Source: Octopus vulgaris (taxonomy: Eukaryota). Taken from it: 64,000 nucleotides of DNA. Both the position numbers and the translations under genes were made by a program. The stretch covers positions 144,274,001-144,338,000 of the forward strand of contig OX597817.1 of NCBI GenBank assembly GCA_951406725.2, given 5' to 3'. Every line of letters starts with the position of its first letter. Within the stretch, counting starts at the first letter, position 1. Under the pieces are notes generated by a model. The model was given only the letters and a program-made list of their open reading frames with translations, did not search any database and had not been told where the DNA came from. Below, one piece after another: positions 43,321-57,392 of the stretch.

Positions 43321-43999
43321 CAAGTGCTTAGATCACTGTGTTTTCTTTACGCTATTAAATATAGAATTGGCCCTCCGTCGGTTACGACGACGAGGGTTCC
43401 AGCTGATCTGATCAACAGAACAGCCTGCCTGTTAACTTAATGTACAAGTGGCTGAGCACTCCACAGACACGCATACTTTGAACGTAATTTTCAGGGAGAT
43501 TCAGCGTGACACAGAATGCAACAAGGCTGGCTAGCCCCCTTTGAATTACAAGTACAATTCATTGTTGCCAGCTGAATGGATTGAAGCAACGTGAAATAAA
43601 GTGTCTTGCTCAAGGGTATAACTCCCCACCTGGAATCGAACTGACAACCGATTACCCTAACCACCAAGCTACATATCTTCATTAAAAATACTTGACATGT
43701 AGCGAACATGGAGAATATCCTTTATCCATGTTTATCCATGGGCTTAAAAGTTTTTGCATATTCTCCGGTAAACTGGTTCTGTTCTTCGATAATCTTGTAG
43801 CAAAAACAAAAGGTGTTGTTACGATTTGATCATAAATTTTAATTATTTTTCGGCAAGCATGGCCGTGTGGTCAAGAAGCTCGTTTTGCTATCATGTGATT
43901 TCGGGTTCAATCCCACTGCACAGCTCCTTGGGCAAGCGTCCTCTTCTAGAGCCTCAGGTTAACCAATGCCTTGTGAGTGAATTTGGCAGAAACTTGTCG

Positions 44000-44070
<71 letters not shown>

Positions 44071-44104
44071 GTCTATCTATCTATCTATCTATTCATTCTT
44101 ATAT

Positions 44105-44317
44105 TATTTTATTTGTTTCAGTCATTTGACTGCAGCCATGCTGGAGCACCGCCTTTAGTCGAGCAAATCGACCCCAGGACTTATTTTCTGTAAGTCTAGT
44201 ACTTATACTATCGTTCTTTTATGCCGAACCGCTAAGATACGGTGACGAAAACGTACCAGCATCGGTTGTCAAACGATATCGGCGGAACAAAGACAGACAC
44301 ACACACACACACTCACA

Positions 44318-44358
<41 letters not shown>

Positions 44359-44525
44359 ATACGACGGGCTTCTTTCAGTTTCCGTCCATCAAATCCACTC
44401 ACAAGGCTTTGGTCGGCCCGAAGTTATAGTAGAAGACACTTGCCCAAGGTGCCACGCAGTGGGAGTGAACCCGGAACCATGTGGTTGGTAAGGAAGCTAC
44501 TTACCACACAGCCACTCCTACGCCT
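44105..44525 (-). mobile_element. SINE family A
   Basis: Full copy. Confidence 0.85.
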
Positions 44526-44619
44526 ACCTGTATGTCAGTCTGTCTGTCTGTGTGCGTGTGTATGTCTGTATGTAGTAGTGATGTACAGTCCACATTTAGC
44601 TGCCATTATATAGAAAACT

Positions 44620-44860
44620 GATTAGGTTGAACTCTGTTTGAAACAATGGTTGGAAGGCAACATAGCTTTCTGTAGAGATAGGTGCGAAAGGATTTGTTGG
44701 AAGCAGGGTTGACTCGATGCACAGGAGTGTTGGACTAGCTGTGAAAGAGAGAAAATATGCTGGCAGGAAATTGTCGGAAGCTGCCGAGAAAGCAAGTCAT
44801 TATATATGGCTCAAATGAGAGGACGAATGGTGCAGCAAGGACGAGCATCGAGGGTGATAG
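44620..44860 (+). pseudogene. Hero/NeSL-like RLE LINE C-terminus
   Basis: Translation GWKA..SVEIGAKGFVG..LSEAAEKASHYIWLK. Confidence 0.65.
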
Positions 44861-44861
44861 A

Positions 44862-45235
44862 AATATTTTGGTATTGAAAGCTACACCAATGCTAGAACGG
44901 GACGACACTGCATAGTGCCAAAGGTCCTAGCAATGCCATCACGCTTCAGGACCAGTTACTACAACAGCCTGGGTTTCAAAGGCTCACAGCTTTTTAATAT
45001 TCTCGCAAAGAGTCTGAGGAACTTATACAAGTAGATGTAAAGGTTTTTAAATCAAAGCTGGACCTCTTCCTGTCGAGAGTCACAGATGAACCTACCTCAC
45101 GGCAAGAGGTGCAAATGAGGGTTGCTATATCAAACTCCATGCTTCACCAAGTACCACATATTTGAGGAGGCTCCTAGTAATAACAGTGTAGCAAAACAGC
45201 GGTGCATCAGTTTGGCCGCAGCTCTGAGCTGAAAC
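44862..45235 (+). mobile_element. CR1-like LINE 3' fragment (second family)
   Basis: Homologous to 49140-49520(-): ESYTNARTGRHCIVP..FKSKLDLFLS. Confidence 0.75.
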
Positions 45236-45644
45236 TAGAGAGAAAAAATATCTGGTTCTGGACCGCAGCATCTGACGCAACAAAAGCTCGTGCCGTAGTG
45301 CGGGAATTTTGTCACCTACATCGATGGGTGGCTTTAAACATATTTGATGCTATGGTAGAAAGGGTCGAAACATCTACGCAGTTGCTTCGCCGCCTGACGA
45401 GTCACCGACTTCTGCATTCAGAAACAGAGCACAGCAGTGACCTCAGCATATAAGTGTTTATTCTTAAAGATAATTCAAGAAATAGATATTTGCAAAGCGA
45501 AAATTCTAAGGATCACTTTCTACCCTCATGAAGTTCAAAACCAAACAAGAAAATCTGCTTAATGTTTTGTTTGGATTCGTTGAAGTTCACCGCTCGGTTT
45601 GCTTTGGTTTAATTTGTTACACTTATTCCTCTCTATATTTATTT

Positions 45645-45880
45645 ATTTACTCTTTTACTCTTTTACTTGTTTCAGTCATTTGACTGTGGCCATGCTGGAG
45701 CACCGCCTTTAGTCGAGCAAATCGACCCCAAGACTTATTCTTTGTAAGCCTAGTACTTATTCTATCGGTCTCTTTTGCCGAACCGCTAAGTTACGGGGAC
45801 GTTAACACACCAGCATCGGTTGTCAAGCGATGTCTGGGGGACAAACACAGACACACAAACATATACACACATATAAATAA

Positions 45881-45932
<52 letters not shown>

Positions 45933-46096
45933 GACGGGCTTCTTTCAGTTTCCGTCTACCAAATCTACTCACAAAGCTTTGGTCGGCCAGAGGCTATAGC
46001 AGAAAACACTTGCCCAAGGTGCCACGCAGTGGGACTTAACCCGGAACCATGTGGTTCGTAAGCAAGCTACTTACCACACAGCCGCTCCTACGCCTA
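45645..46096 (-). mobile_element. SINE family A (near consensus)
   Basis: Full copy with an internal (TA)n. Confidence 0.88.
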
Positions 46097-47070
46097 TATT
46101 TGTTATAGTTTTCAAACCAGAAGAAAGACAGGTTATTAATGAAACATCGAAAACGGAAAACATATTGTGCTCAGTTCATCGAAGACAGTAATATTACACA
46201 TGAACATTTAAAGAAATATAAAGATCGCACAGAACCTAATTCTGAAGGGAATTACTTTGTATTTATGAAATACAATTTAGTTGTTTAGTTTTCATTTTTC
46301 CTATTACGTATTTTATGTATTGTCGTATGTCATAGGAGTTATAACTCAATGAAGCAGACGATAGATGTGTAAAGATTGTATCTTAGGTGAGGATTGTAAA
46401 ACAAAAAGTTGTTGAATGATTTATATCTTTATTCATCAATGTTTATTTATTGTAATGTAATTATGTATTTACGCATTTATTCATTTTTATTTTTATTTTA
46501 GTTTCGAAAGATGTATTTTTTTATATTTTACTGAATCGAAAAAGGTAACAAGTATCGAAAGAAAGGAAAAAATAAAAGAAAGATTTCAGAGTGAGATACA
46601 TATAAATTATGAATATTTAATCTAGAATATTTGATTTTTACGTATATTACGATTTCATGTATATTATTTCACATCAACATTAGAATATAAGCCACAGCTA
46701 ACCCAACCCTCATTTTAAGGAAAGACTGATCGTACGATGGACCATAACTCTATGGACATTCGGGACGGCATAGAGAGCTTATCCTATCATTTTATCTCTC
46801 TGTCTCTCGACCGGACGACTGTTTGAATAAATAGACTAATTAATGGAACTAACTTCTAAAGTGCTCATAGCAAGGGATACACTAAAACCATCATAATTAC
46901 CGGTTCTTTCATTTGCATTCCCAACGGAAATTCCTCCTTCCTGTAAAGAGATAAATACCTTCCACATAATCGTCTGTGTTCATATACAGGTGAAGTCATC
47001 CAAATTAAGCTCGTATTAATGTATTCATTAAGGCCATGACGAAATGATTATGGGTCTTTCATTATAAACT

Positions 47071-47137
<67 letters not shown>

Positions 47138-47714
47138 AATTATATATGCATATATACATGCATACGTATATGCCGTTAAGCTGTGTCTGGTGTCACTGAG
47201 CAGATTGTATAAATTTACACATAAACTGCTCTCACATCATAGTACACAATATTGTTATAATTTGGTAGGGTCAAAATTGATAAATCTTGTAAAAACACTT
47301 ACCGGTTGAAGGTTGTCTATATTTCACTTCTCTTTCTTTTTCCAAAGCTGTTTAGTCTTGTTTATGTCCCCCAAAATATTTATCGCTGCACTTAATCTCT
47401 TGCTTTCCCAATGGATATACATTAAGAAATATATCAACGTTCGTTTCAACATACAGTTTCACATCAAAATTCTTGCAAAACAAATTCAGAATCGATTATA
47501 TACAATGCTATCAGGAAATAAATAAAACTGAATATAACTGTTACAAATATTTTAAATGGCCACCACGATAATATATTACATTGTATTATATCGTATTATA
47601 TTACATTATATTTAATGTTTGTTCTTATGCTATAAAAAGAAATTACATTAAACTGAAGGCTCAATGTATTTGGTAGAGTACAAATTTATTATCATCTAGC
47701 AAGAATACTATTGA

Positions 47715-47757
47715 CAGTGACTTCGAAGCTTCGGACAGGTAAACCATCATCAAACAA
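47715..47757 (-). ncRNA. Degenerate hammerhead
   Basis: TTGATGA-tggtttacctgtcc-GAAG-cttcgaag-TC-actg. Same family as 30321. Confidence 0.5.
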
Positions 47758-48023
47758 TTCGATGATCACCTAGGTGGTGGAAATCTCGAAGGTCCTATCA
47801 ATACTATTCTTGTTAAAAAGTTATATATATATATATATATGATAGATCGTTAGCCACTACACACATTTTTTCTCTCCTTTTTATTCTCTCCTTGTTTTTT
47901 CTGCGTCCCTTTCTGTGGAAGTGCCTAGGCTGAGAGAGAGAGAGAAAGAGAAAGATACATAGGTAGATAGATAGATAGATAGATAGATACATACATACAT
48001 ACATACATACATACATACATACA

Positions 48024-48056
<33 letters not shown>

Positions 48057-48236
48057 GTATGCATACACACACATACGCACATCTACATACACGGTGACTT
48101 TCATATTTATACTTAATGCATTCCAGCAGATTCTAACGTAAGTATGCTAATCGATGGTGTATTCTTCACAGGGACAGCTTCCCTTTTACGTCGACTGTTT
48201 GTTGATAGCACATTCAGCTAATTTGAACACGAGTAC

Positions 48237-48282
48237 TTCTGACTGATGAGACACAATACGTTGAAATGCCGGTGTCCCAGAA
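48237..48282 (+). ncRNA. Hammerhead ribozyme, slightly decayed
   Basis: ttctga-CTGATGA-gac(acaatac)gtt-GAAA-tgccggtg-TC-ccagaa. Confidence 0.7.
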
Positions 48283-48667
48283 TGCCTAGTGGAAATGCAT
48301 CGAGGGTATTAAGAACACATAGTCATCGTAAGAGAGAAGTTCTCCTGTGACGAACACAACAGCGATTAGCATATTTGCGTTTAAATCTGCTGGAATATAT
48401 TAAAAATATATATGCAAGTCATCGTTTACAATCCTGGTTGCTCACCGTGTATACAACAACAATATATATGTGTGTAAGTGTGTGATTATGTATGTGTATG
48501 GACCGCTGAACTCTACAAATTTTTTTCATTCTCTCTCTGCTTATTTCCTCACTTGAAGAGCGTAGTTTCGAAACGTAAAAGACTTTTTCATTTCTCCCGA
48601 GCGTCAAACTAATACACTTGTTTGTTGTTCATACACCTGTCTTCGTCTTCTGTCTATCTATAAATTT

Positions 48668-48767
<100 letters not shown>

Positions 48768-49065
48768 ATGTGTGTGCATCACTAAAACTTGAGAACTACC
48801 CAACCGATTTCATTCAAATTTTACACATGCAGTACTTAGGGTCCATGGAGTGTCATGGGCCAAAAACAGTTTTTAATTTCATGCCTAATGCGAGCCTGGA
48901 GCAATCTCTTACATTGTTTCGGTATTACGTGTCAAAAGTGAAACAGTAACGACTCTATTGTAATGTGAGATAATAGTTTCAGTTTTAATTGTTTCAGTAT
49001 TAATAGTTTCAATTTGTATATAATATATACATAGTGAAGCTATTATCTCACATTACATGTATACA

Positions 49066-49122
<57 letters not shown>

Positions 49123-49134
49123 TATTTATTTTTT

Positions 49135-50245
49135 TATCTAGTTTCAGCTCACTAGCTGTGGCCATGCTGGGGCACCGCCATTTGGTGTTGCTACATGATT
49201 TTACTTCACGAATGCTTTTTAGCAATTGCCATTTGGTGCCTGAGAGAGTTCGATGCAGCTGCCCTCATCTGCATCTCCTTCCGTGAAGTTGGTTCATCTG
49301 GGATACCTGACAAGAAGAGATCCAGTTTCATTTTAAAGACATCTGCATCCACCCCATGCAGGTCTCTTAGGTTCTTCGGAAGGATATTGAAGAGCTGTGG
49401 GCCTCGGAAGCCCAGGCTATCACAGTATATTGTCCTACATCTTGATGGCAAATTTGGAGTCCTTGGCACTATGCAGTGGCGCCCAGTTCTGGCATTTGTG
49501 TAACTCTCGATGCCAAAGTTTGGGACAAGTCCTTCAAGGATCTTCCAGATGTATATTATGGCATATCTTTCTCGCCTACGCTCTAAGGAATAGAGTCTCA
49601 ATCTCTTGAGTCATTCCCAATAGCTTATATGCTGCACAGAGGCTATCTTCTTCGTGTAGCTTTGTTGGATCGCCTCAAGTTCTGTGATTAACTTGACACT
49701 GTATGGTGACCATAGCTGAGAGCAATAGTCAAAGTGGCTTAGGACAAGTGTCCTCCAGAGGACCATCATGGTTTCCTGGTCTCTTGTTCTGAAGGTTCTA
49801 AGAATCCATCCGGTCAGCCGCCTACATTTCATTGCCAATTTAGCAACATGCACATGAAAGGTTGCATCATCACTCATGTAAATACCCAGGTCTCGCACTG
49901 ATTGTGCCTCTGGGATTGCAGTCCCTCCAGGTCCAGTGTATTTATTGGGTATTGCATTTAGTTTTGCGTGCTGATAGCACAGAGCTTGAAACTTTTCAGC
50001 ATTGAATTGCATGCTATTCTTTTCAGCCTACTTGTATATTTTGTCCAGCTCACATTGCAGGTGCTTAGTGTCTTCAGGGTTCTGTATTGCCTCTGAAACT
50101 TTTGTATCATCTGCATAACTTGTGATCGTGGCTCTCTGCGTGGCTGAGGGCATGTCTGAGAGGGCCATTGTGAACAGTAGTGGTCCCAAAACAGTGCCTT
50201 GCGGAACACCGCTCACTATTTGCGTGTTAGTGGAAGTGGCCCCAT
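49135..50245 (-). mobile_element. 5'-truncated CR1-like LINE
   Basis: [35 protein letters not shown], with stops and frameshifts. Confidence 0.88.
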
Positions 50246-50276
50246 TTATATATATATATGTATATATACTTATACG

Positions 50277-50323
<47 letters not shown>

Positions 50324-50381
50324 GTATACATATATATATATGCATATACATGTATATATATGTATATATATATACATGTAC

Positions 50382-50412
<31 letters not shown>

Positions 50413-50763
50413 TGTATATATATATGTATATATACATGTATATTTATATGCATGTATATATATATACATATATATACATGTATATGCATATATATATGTA
50501 TACGTATATATATATATATATGTATGTATGTATATATGTTTATATATATGTATCTATATAATATAATATATATAGATATATATGTATTTATATAATATAA
50601 TATATATATATATATGTATCTATATAATATAATATAATATAATATAATATATATATATATCAAATGTGAGGATAAAATTCTTTTCGAAAAAAATATTTTC
50701 TCGAAAAAATTTTTATCAATGGCCAGCATATTAAAAAATACCTTTAACGGTTAAATTTATAAA

Positions 50764-51191
50764 CAATTCATAAATGAGAGCAAAGGAAAAAAATCCTAAT
50801 GCCAAATATGCCCCAAAATTGGACATGTTGTCCATTAACCATATAATTTTTTCACAATACGCACGCTACTCGAAAAAAGGTCGACAGAAATTTCTAAAAA
50901 ATTCCATTATTACCATATCGGACCGATTTCAGAGTTAGCTACTAAGAGCCCTCTCTTCGTCAGTGATACATGTGGCAAAAGAAATAAATGAGATACTTAC
51001 TCATACCCATGGAAGAAGCAAATACTAAGTCATGGGCACAACTAAGTACCGCAAATACATCCAAAATAGAAATACTCCAGCCCATTCGAGGCACGTGCGT
51101 ATTGTGAAAATTATATGGTTAATGGACAACATGTCCAATTTTTCGGCATATTTGGCATTAGAATTTTTTCCTTTGCCTTCATTTATGAATT
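50764..51191. repeat. ~100-bp inverted repeats enclosing a hammerhead (pLTR-like)
   Basis: 50764-50865 is the reverse complement of ~51094-51191. Confidence 0.8.
50916..50968 (-). ncRNA. Hammerhead ribozyme, slightly decayed
   Basis: tatca-CTGACGA-agag(loop)ctct-GAAA-tcgg-TC-cgata. Confidence 0.7.
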
Positions 51192-51640
51192 ATATATATA
51201 TACTCTAGTTTCAGTACACCAAAGCCTTATGAGTAGATTTCGTACACGGAAACTGAAAGAAGACTGTCGTACAAATGTGTATATTTGTGTGTGTGTGTAT
51301 GTGTGTGAGTGTGTTTGTGTGTGTGTGTATGTGAGTGCGTGTCTCTGTGTGTCTGTGTTTGTTTGTACCCACACCATTGCTTGACAATCGATGTTGGTGT
51401 GTTTACGTCTCATCGTAACTGTGGTACAAGTGGTAACTATTGAAAATGTTTTTATTTTTCATCTCCTTCGAAATTACTCTTAACCGTGGTTTGGAGTTTG
51501 TTCCTTTTATCAAGTAAGGTGTCCTGTTAGGGTCACCTATTTTGTGTATGAATGTACTCTAATATTTTATGAAATATATGTTGCCTAATGACTTTTTGAC
51601 GAATGCTAGCCACTGGTAGAATGTTTTTCTAATTTCTCTA

Positions 51641-51743
<103 letters not shown>

Positions 51744-52066
51744 CTTAATATATTATATATATATGCATATATGTATGTATATATATATATATATATATAC
51801 AAATATATATATATATATACATACATATATGCATATATATATATACACACACTTATAGATCGCTATATATATATATACATGATAAATCGCTAGCCACTAC
51901 ATATTTTGTATTTTCTCTCCTTGTTTTTTTTTCTGTGTCCCTTTCTGTAGAAGAGAGTCGGCTCGAAAAGTTAAAGACTCTTTCACTTCCCGAGCGTTAA
52001 ACTAATACATCTGTTTGTTGTCTACACCACCTGTCTTCGTCTTTTGTTTTGTCCTTGAATTCTCCC

Positions 52067-52118
<52 letters not shown>

Positions 52119-52881
52119 GACGGGATTCTTTCAGTTTCCGTCTACCAAATCCACTCACAAGGCCCGAGGCTATAGTAGAAGACACTTGCCCATGGTGCAA
52201 CGCAGTGGGACTGAACCCGGAACCGTATGGTTAGGAAGCAAGCTTCTTTATTCCATTAAATTTGCCACAAGGGCAGTACACAGCGTAAGGAAGCTTGCGG
52301 GCTGGACACGGACATTAATGAGATGAATGATAATGATACAAGAAGACGAATGCGCCCACCGACTTTTGCTTCTTACCACACAGCCATTCCTGCGCCTCCA
52401 CACAGCCACTCCTGCGTATTCATGTTTACTCAAACTAAATTAGGTCTGGCTAGACAAACTGTTTTTCCTCTCTAATCAGCTCTGACCCATATTTGACTCG
52501 GAAAAAAGTATAGCTCACAGTTACACCGGTATTTTTTGTGTGGATGGTGCCTCTGGGTAATTTGCTCAGCCATTACCTGAAGTAATAAACTATGATAAAC
52601 TTTACTTGATTAATATCTTGGTGTTAATTCTTAATAAGTCAGTTATTATTAATTCAGTCATAAATGTATACAGGAACCTTCATTAAATAATCGGAAATCG
52701 GAAATCCACATCAGATATGCCAGTTCTAATATTGAAAGCAACAAATTTCTCTTGGAGTAGATATAAAGTTCCTGCATTTCATGAGAACTGCGTACAGTGA
52801 TATTATGTTCAGTTCTTTTCCTGTGGTTTGACTGGCGTGAACAAAGCCGATTATATATTGAAGCAGTTTATTATATATTGA

Positions 52882-53112
52882 AGGCGGCGAGCTAGCAGAC
52901 ACGTTAGCGCGCCGGGCGAAATGCTTAGTGGTATTTTCGTCTGTCGTTACGTTCTAAGTTCAAATTCCGCCGAGGTCAACTTTGCCTTTCATCCTTTCGG
53001 GGTCGATAAATAAAGTACCAGTTTCGCACTGGGGTCGATATAATCGACTCAATCCCTTCGTCTGTCCTTGTTTGTCCCCTCTATGTTTAGCCCCTTCTGG
53101 GCAGTAAAGAAA
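52882..53112 (+). mobile_element. SINE family B
   Basis: Full monomer flanked by TATATATTGAAG repeats. Confidence 0.85.
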
Positions 53113-54194
53113 TATATATATTGAAGCAGTTTATGTTTGAGAATCGATCCATCGATGACCAATCTCTTATTCAACGAAGCTCACCATAATAACAGGAGGA
53201 GCACATTCATACCCAGTCCGTGTCTTTGTCGAACGATCTGATTTCCTATTTCCGATAAGAAATGTTTAAGTAATTAATAAACACTGATAAACATACACGC
53301 AATCAGTTAATACTGGGGGAACAATATTGCTGATGACTTTTAGACAAAGATATCGATAGTAATAATATAACAAAACCATTTGAAATTTTATAGTTCTTCC
53401 AGAAAATATATTATGTTTCCGGTTGTATATTATGTTTCCGATTCAACAAATTCATTAGTTTACACAATGTGAGAAGAGTTCAGAGAGATAATCGTATTAC
53501 GCGCTTATTGAAGCGTGTTTGAAATGAAACATTTCACCATAATGATATTAGAAAAGCGGTACGAAATATTAAAAGTTAAAGGCAACAAAAAGCTCATGGC
53601 TACAATTCGTAAATGTTATTTGATGTAATATTTTTAGCAGCTTCTCTATCGTCATTTTAAGTTTCTGTCTATAAGCTATTTATCAGACGACTTCATTGTT
53701 GCTAAAACGAAGACGTCTTATAATAGTTTAAAACCCCAAATACGATTTTGTTGATATTGTTTTCCATAAGTGACAATATGGCGGTGTTGCGTTATGCAGT
53801 TTAGCGACAGAGAAAATAAAAGGCACTCAACAATTAATCTCTTAATGGTTGTTGTTGTTGTTGTAGTAGTAGTTGTTGTTACTGTAATTGTTAGTGTTTA
53901 GTCCCCGGGTTAGTTCTGACTCAGCAGACCTGTGATCAAAAGTATCCCGGCCATAACAATCCCGTAATTTTCCAGTTATAAAGTAACTAGAATAACATAA
54001 TGCAACATAATTTTTCAGCTTAGATATTCACCATAATAGGATGTGATTTTATGGAGATATGGTTGCTATTTCTAGCAAGTGGAGCGACTAGATAAATCTC
54101 TCCAGTTAGGTCGTATTTATGGGATTTTTATTAGTCGCTGTTATTGTAGGAAATTCTGGAAACATCATTTGATTGCTGTTGTTGTTTGTATCTT

Positions 54195-54472
54195 CTCCAG
54201 CCATGTCTGGCTCAAAAGGGTCTCTTTCCCGGTTTCCTTGGCGTATAGGTTCCCCACCTGGATGGGACGCCGGTCCATCGCAGGTGAGCTGCAAGATGCA
54301 GGAGGAAAGAGTGAGAGAAAGATGTGGCGAAAGAGTCAGCAGAGGTTCGCTATTACCTTCTGCCGGAGCCGCGTGGAGGTTAGGTGTTTCGCTCATAAAC
54401 ACACACATCGCCCGGTCTGAGATTCGAACCCGCGAGTCCGCTGCTCTAACTACTAAACCATATGTCTCCACA
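54195..54472 (-). mobile_element. SINE family C (tRNA head, V-domain-like core)
   Basis: GGTTCGAATCTC B-box and CCTGCGATGGACCGGCGTCCCATCCAGG. Confidence 0.65.
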
Positions 54473-54697
54473 CTAGTTATTTGATAACAAAAATAAATTC
54501 CTTGTCAGCAGACAGCGCAGACGATAGTAAAACCAAGAGATTCCAAGTAGTTGCTGTTTAACCCCCAAGACAAAGCCTGGTCGAATATACCTTAGATCAG
54601 TGGTTCTCAACCGGTTTTTTTTTTTTTTGCCTACGGACAACTTTGTTACCAATTTTAGTCTGCAGGACCTTCACAGCCATTCAATCTTAAAAAAAAA

Positions 54698-55332
54698 TCC
54701 TTGTTTGTCCCCTCTGTGTTTAGCCCCTTGTGGGTAGTAAAGAAATAGGTATTTTGTCTGCCACTACGTTCTGAGTTCAAATTCCGCCGAGGTTGACTTT
54801 GCCTTTCATCCTTTCGGGGTCGACTAAATAAGTACTAGTTACGCACTGGGGTCGCTATAATCGACTGACCCTCTCCCCAAAAATTTCGGGCTTTGTGCCT
54901 AGAGAAGAAAAGAATACATTACATTTCCAAGGCGGCGAGCTGGCAGAAACGTTAGCGCGCCAGGCGAAATGCTTAGCGGTATTTCGTCTACCGCTACGTT
55001 CTGAGTTCAAATTCCGCCGAGGTCGACTTTGCCTTTCATCCTTTTGGGGTCGATTAAATAAGTACCAGTTACGCACTGGAGTCGATATAATCAACTTAAT
55101 CCGTTTGTCTGTCCTTGTTTGTCCTCTCCGTGTTTAGCCCCTTGTGGGTAGTAAAGAAATAGGTATTTCGTCTGCCGCTACGTTCTGAGTTCAAATTCCG
55201 CCGAGGTCGACTTTGCCTTTCATCCTTTCGGGATCGATAATTTAAGTACCATTTGCATACCGAGGTCGATCTAATCGACTGGTCCGCTTCCCCAAAAAAT
55301 TTCGAGCTTTGTGCCTAGAGCAGAAAAGAATG
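54698..55332 (+). mobile_element. Tandem SINE B dimers
   Basis: Three core domains and two CCTAGAG tails. Confidence 0.85.
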
Positions 55333-55819
55333 TTTCCTTTTGTTAAATTTTAATATCGTAGTGCAGGATTTGAGGGTAACTTGACGACTATCTCTGCCAG
55401 AAATAGTTGGGAGAAACACTAGAAGGTCCATGCTAGAGCTTATTCTCACTTTACTACATTTGAAATGAGTACCTGTAATATACTAGTAATATATAATTGT
55501 ATTGAACACTAGTGGAGCGGGAATCTGCTATGATAAACGACAGATGTGGGTTCCGCAATTTCTGGTTGAACAACCAGTACAGATAATTCGTTTATAGGGA
55601 TCAAATGTTTGTGCAGTACATTAGCTCACTTCCTCGATGAAATCGACATTGTCTGCACTGCTACACAAGCATTCCACACGTCAGATCTTGAAATATTTGC
55701 AGATCAATACAAAACTCCGCCTGACAATATTATAATTTCTGAAAGCTTGTGATTTTCATAGCGAAATTAAAGGATAGCTAATTTCAGTTTGTCCAGCAAT
55801 AATTATTTCAATTTTTTTT

Positions 55820-56440
55820 TTCCACAGGGGCAGCTTGGGAGAGGTGGGGATGAGTCGATTACATCGGCCCAAGTGTTCAACTGGCACTTAATTTATCGAC
55901 CCCGAAAGGATGAAAGGCGAAGTCGACTTCGGCGGAATTTGAACTCAGAATGTAGCGACGGGTGAAAAACTGCTAAGCATTTCGTTCAGTGTCCGAGCGA
56001 TTCTACCAGGTCACCGCCTTAGTTTGTCCAGTAATGATTACTTTTACTCTAGGAACAAAGCCTTGAAAATTTTTGAAGAAGCGGGCTAGTAGATTATATC
56101 AACTCCAGGTCGTAACAGGTACTTATTTAATCGACCCCGAAAGGATGAAAGGCAAAGTCAACCTTGGTGGAATTTGAACTCAGAACGTAGCGACCGGCGA
56201 AATACCTATTTCTTTACTACCCACAAGGGGCTAAATACAGAGAGAACAAACAAGGACAGACAAACGGATTAAGTCGATTACATCGACCCCAGTGCGTAAC
56301 TGGTATTTATTTAATCGACCCCGAAAGGATGAAAGGCAAAGTCGACCTCGGCGGAATTTGAACTCAGAACGTAACCGCAAACGAAATACCGCTAAGTATT
56401 TCGCCCGGCGTGCTAACGATTCTGCCAGCTCGCCACCTTA
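55820..56440 (-). mobile_element. Tandem SINE B copies
   Basis: Three core domains. Target sequence AGTTTGTCCAG(C/T)AAT occurs at 55786, 56021 and 56440. Confidence 0.85.
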
Positions 56441-57314
56441 GTTTGTCCAGTAATGATATTTGATCTCGCTAATTAGGCTGTGAGCACTTAATGAAATGTA
56501 ATTATTAGTACAGAAAATATCACTCATGTAAACCCTTGGTCCTTAAGAATACAACTCAGCGCTTGGTCTGGGAATCGAAATCACGAATTTATGATCATGA
56601 GTGCAACACCCGAATTACTAAGCCACGCGCCTTCACCAGTAAGGAATACCAGTAATACCAACTATACCGGTTTTACCATGTTAAACCATTGTTTGGTAAA
56701 GACAAAATACAGCTGACGGGATAAAACAAAGAGATATAGTTATGTTTAAAACATTGCTTTTTATCTTTTACTTGTTGCAGTCATTGGGCTGCGGCCATGC
56801 TGGGGCACCGCCATGAACAGTTTTCAGTCGAATGAATCGATTCCAGTACTTACTTTTTTTGCCGAACCGCTAAGTTATGAGGACGTAAACATACCAACAC
56901 CAGTCGTCAAGCGGCAGTGGGGACAGGCACAAAGACATGCACCACACACACACACACGCATAGACACACACACACGTACCACCAACACACACACATATAT
57001 AAGTCCGTCATATATATATATATATATATATATTAATTAATAAGGGTGAGAGAATTAGATACTAATTTAATAGTATATTTATTCAACACCAAGTGGCCCA
57101 GTGCTACGAGAAACCTGGATTATTATAATATTTTATAACATATTATAATATTTTTACAAAATAAATATAAGAGAGTGGTCACTATATTGCTCACTCTAGC
57201 ACCAGTTAATCCAAAAGGTTTCAACCACGAAAATACATGTTTCCCATGAAAGTCAGTACGACTGTTAGCTCACACGGACAGGGCAAATAAAAAATAACAA
57301 AAATACAGATTATT

Positions 57315-57392
57315 TTGGGACAATTGTTTCGCTATTAATGAATTAAATGTAATATTACTTACAAAAAAATCCATTTGTAGCTCGTCAGCCAA
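57315..57392 (-). ncRNA. Hammerhead ribozyme
   Basis: Reverse complement of 58295-58372. Confidence 0.9.

Noticed and set aside
52460-53640. Faint transposase-like peptides (Harbinger-like here; Tc1-like at ~55520-55730; hAT-like at ~60300-60830 and ~62950-63470)
   Set aside because: Too degenerate to support without a profile search.
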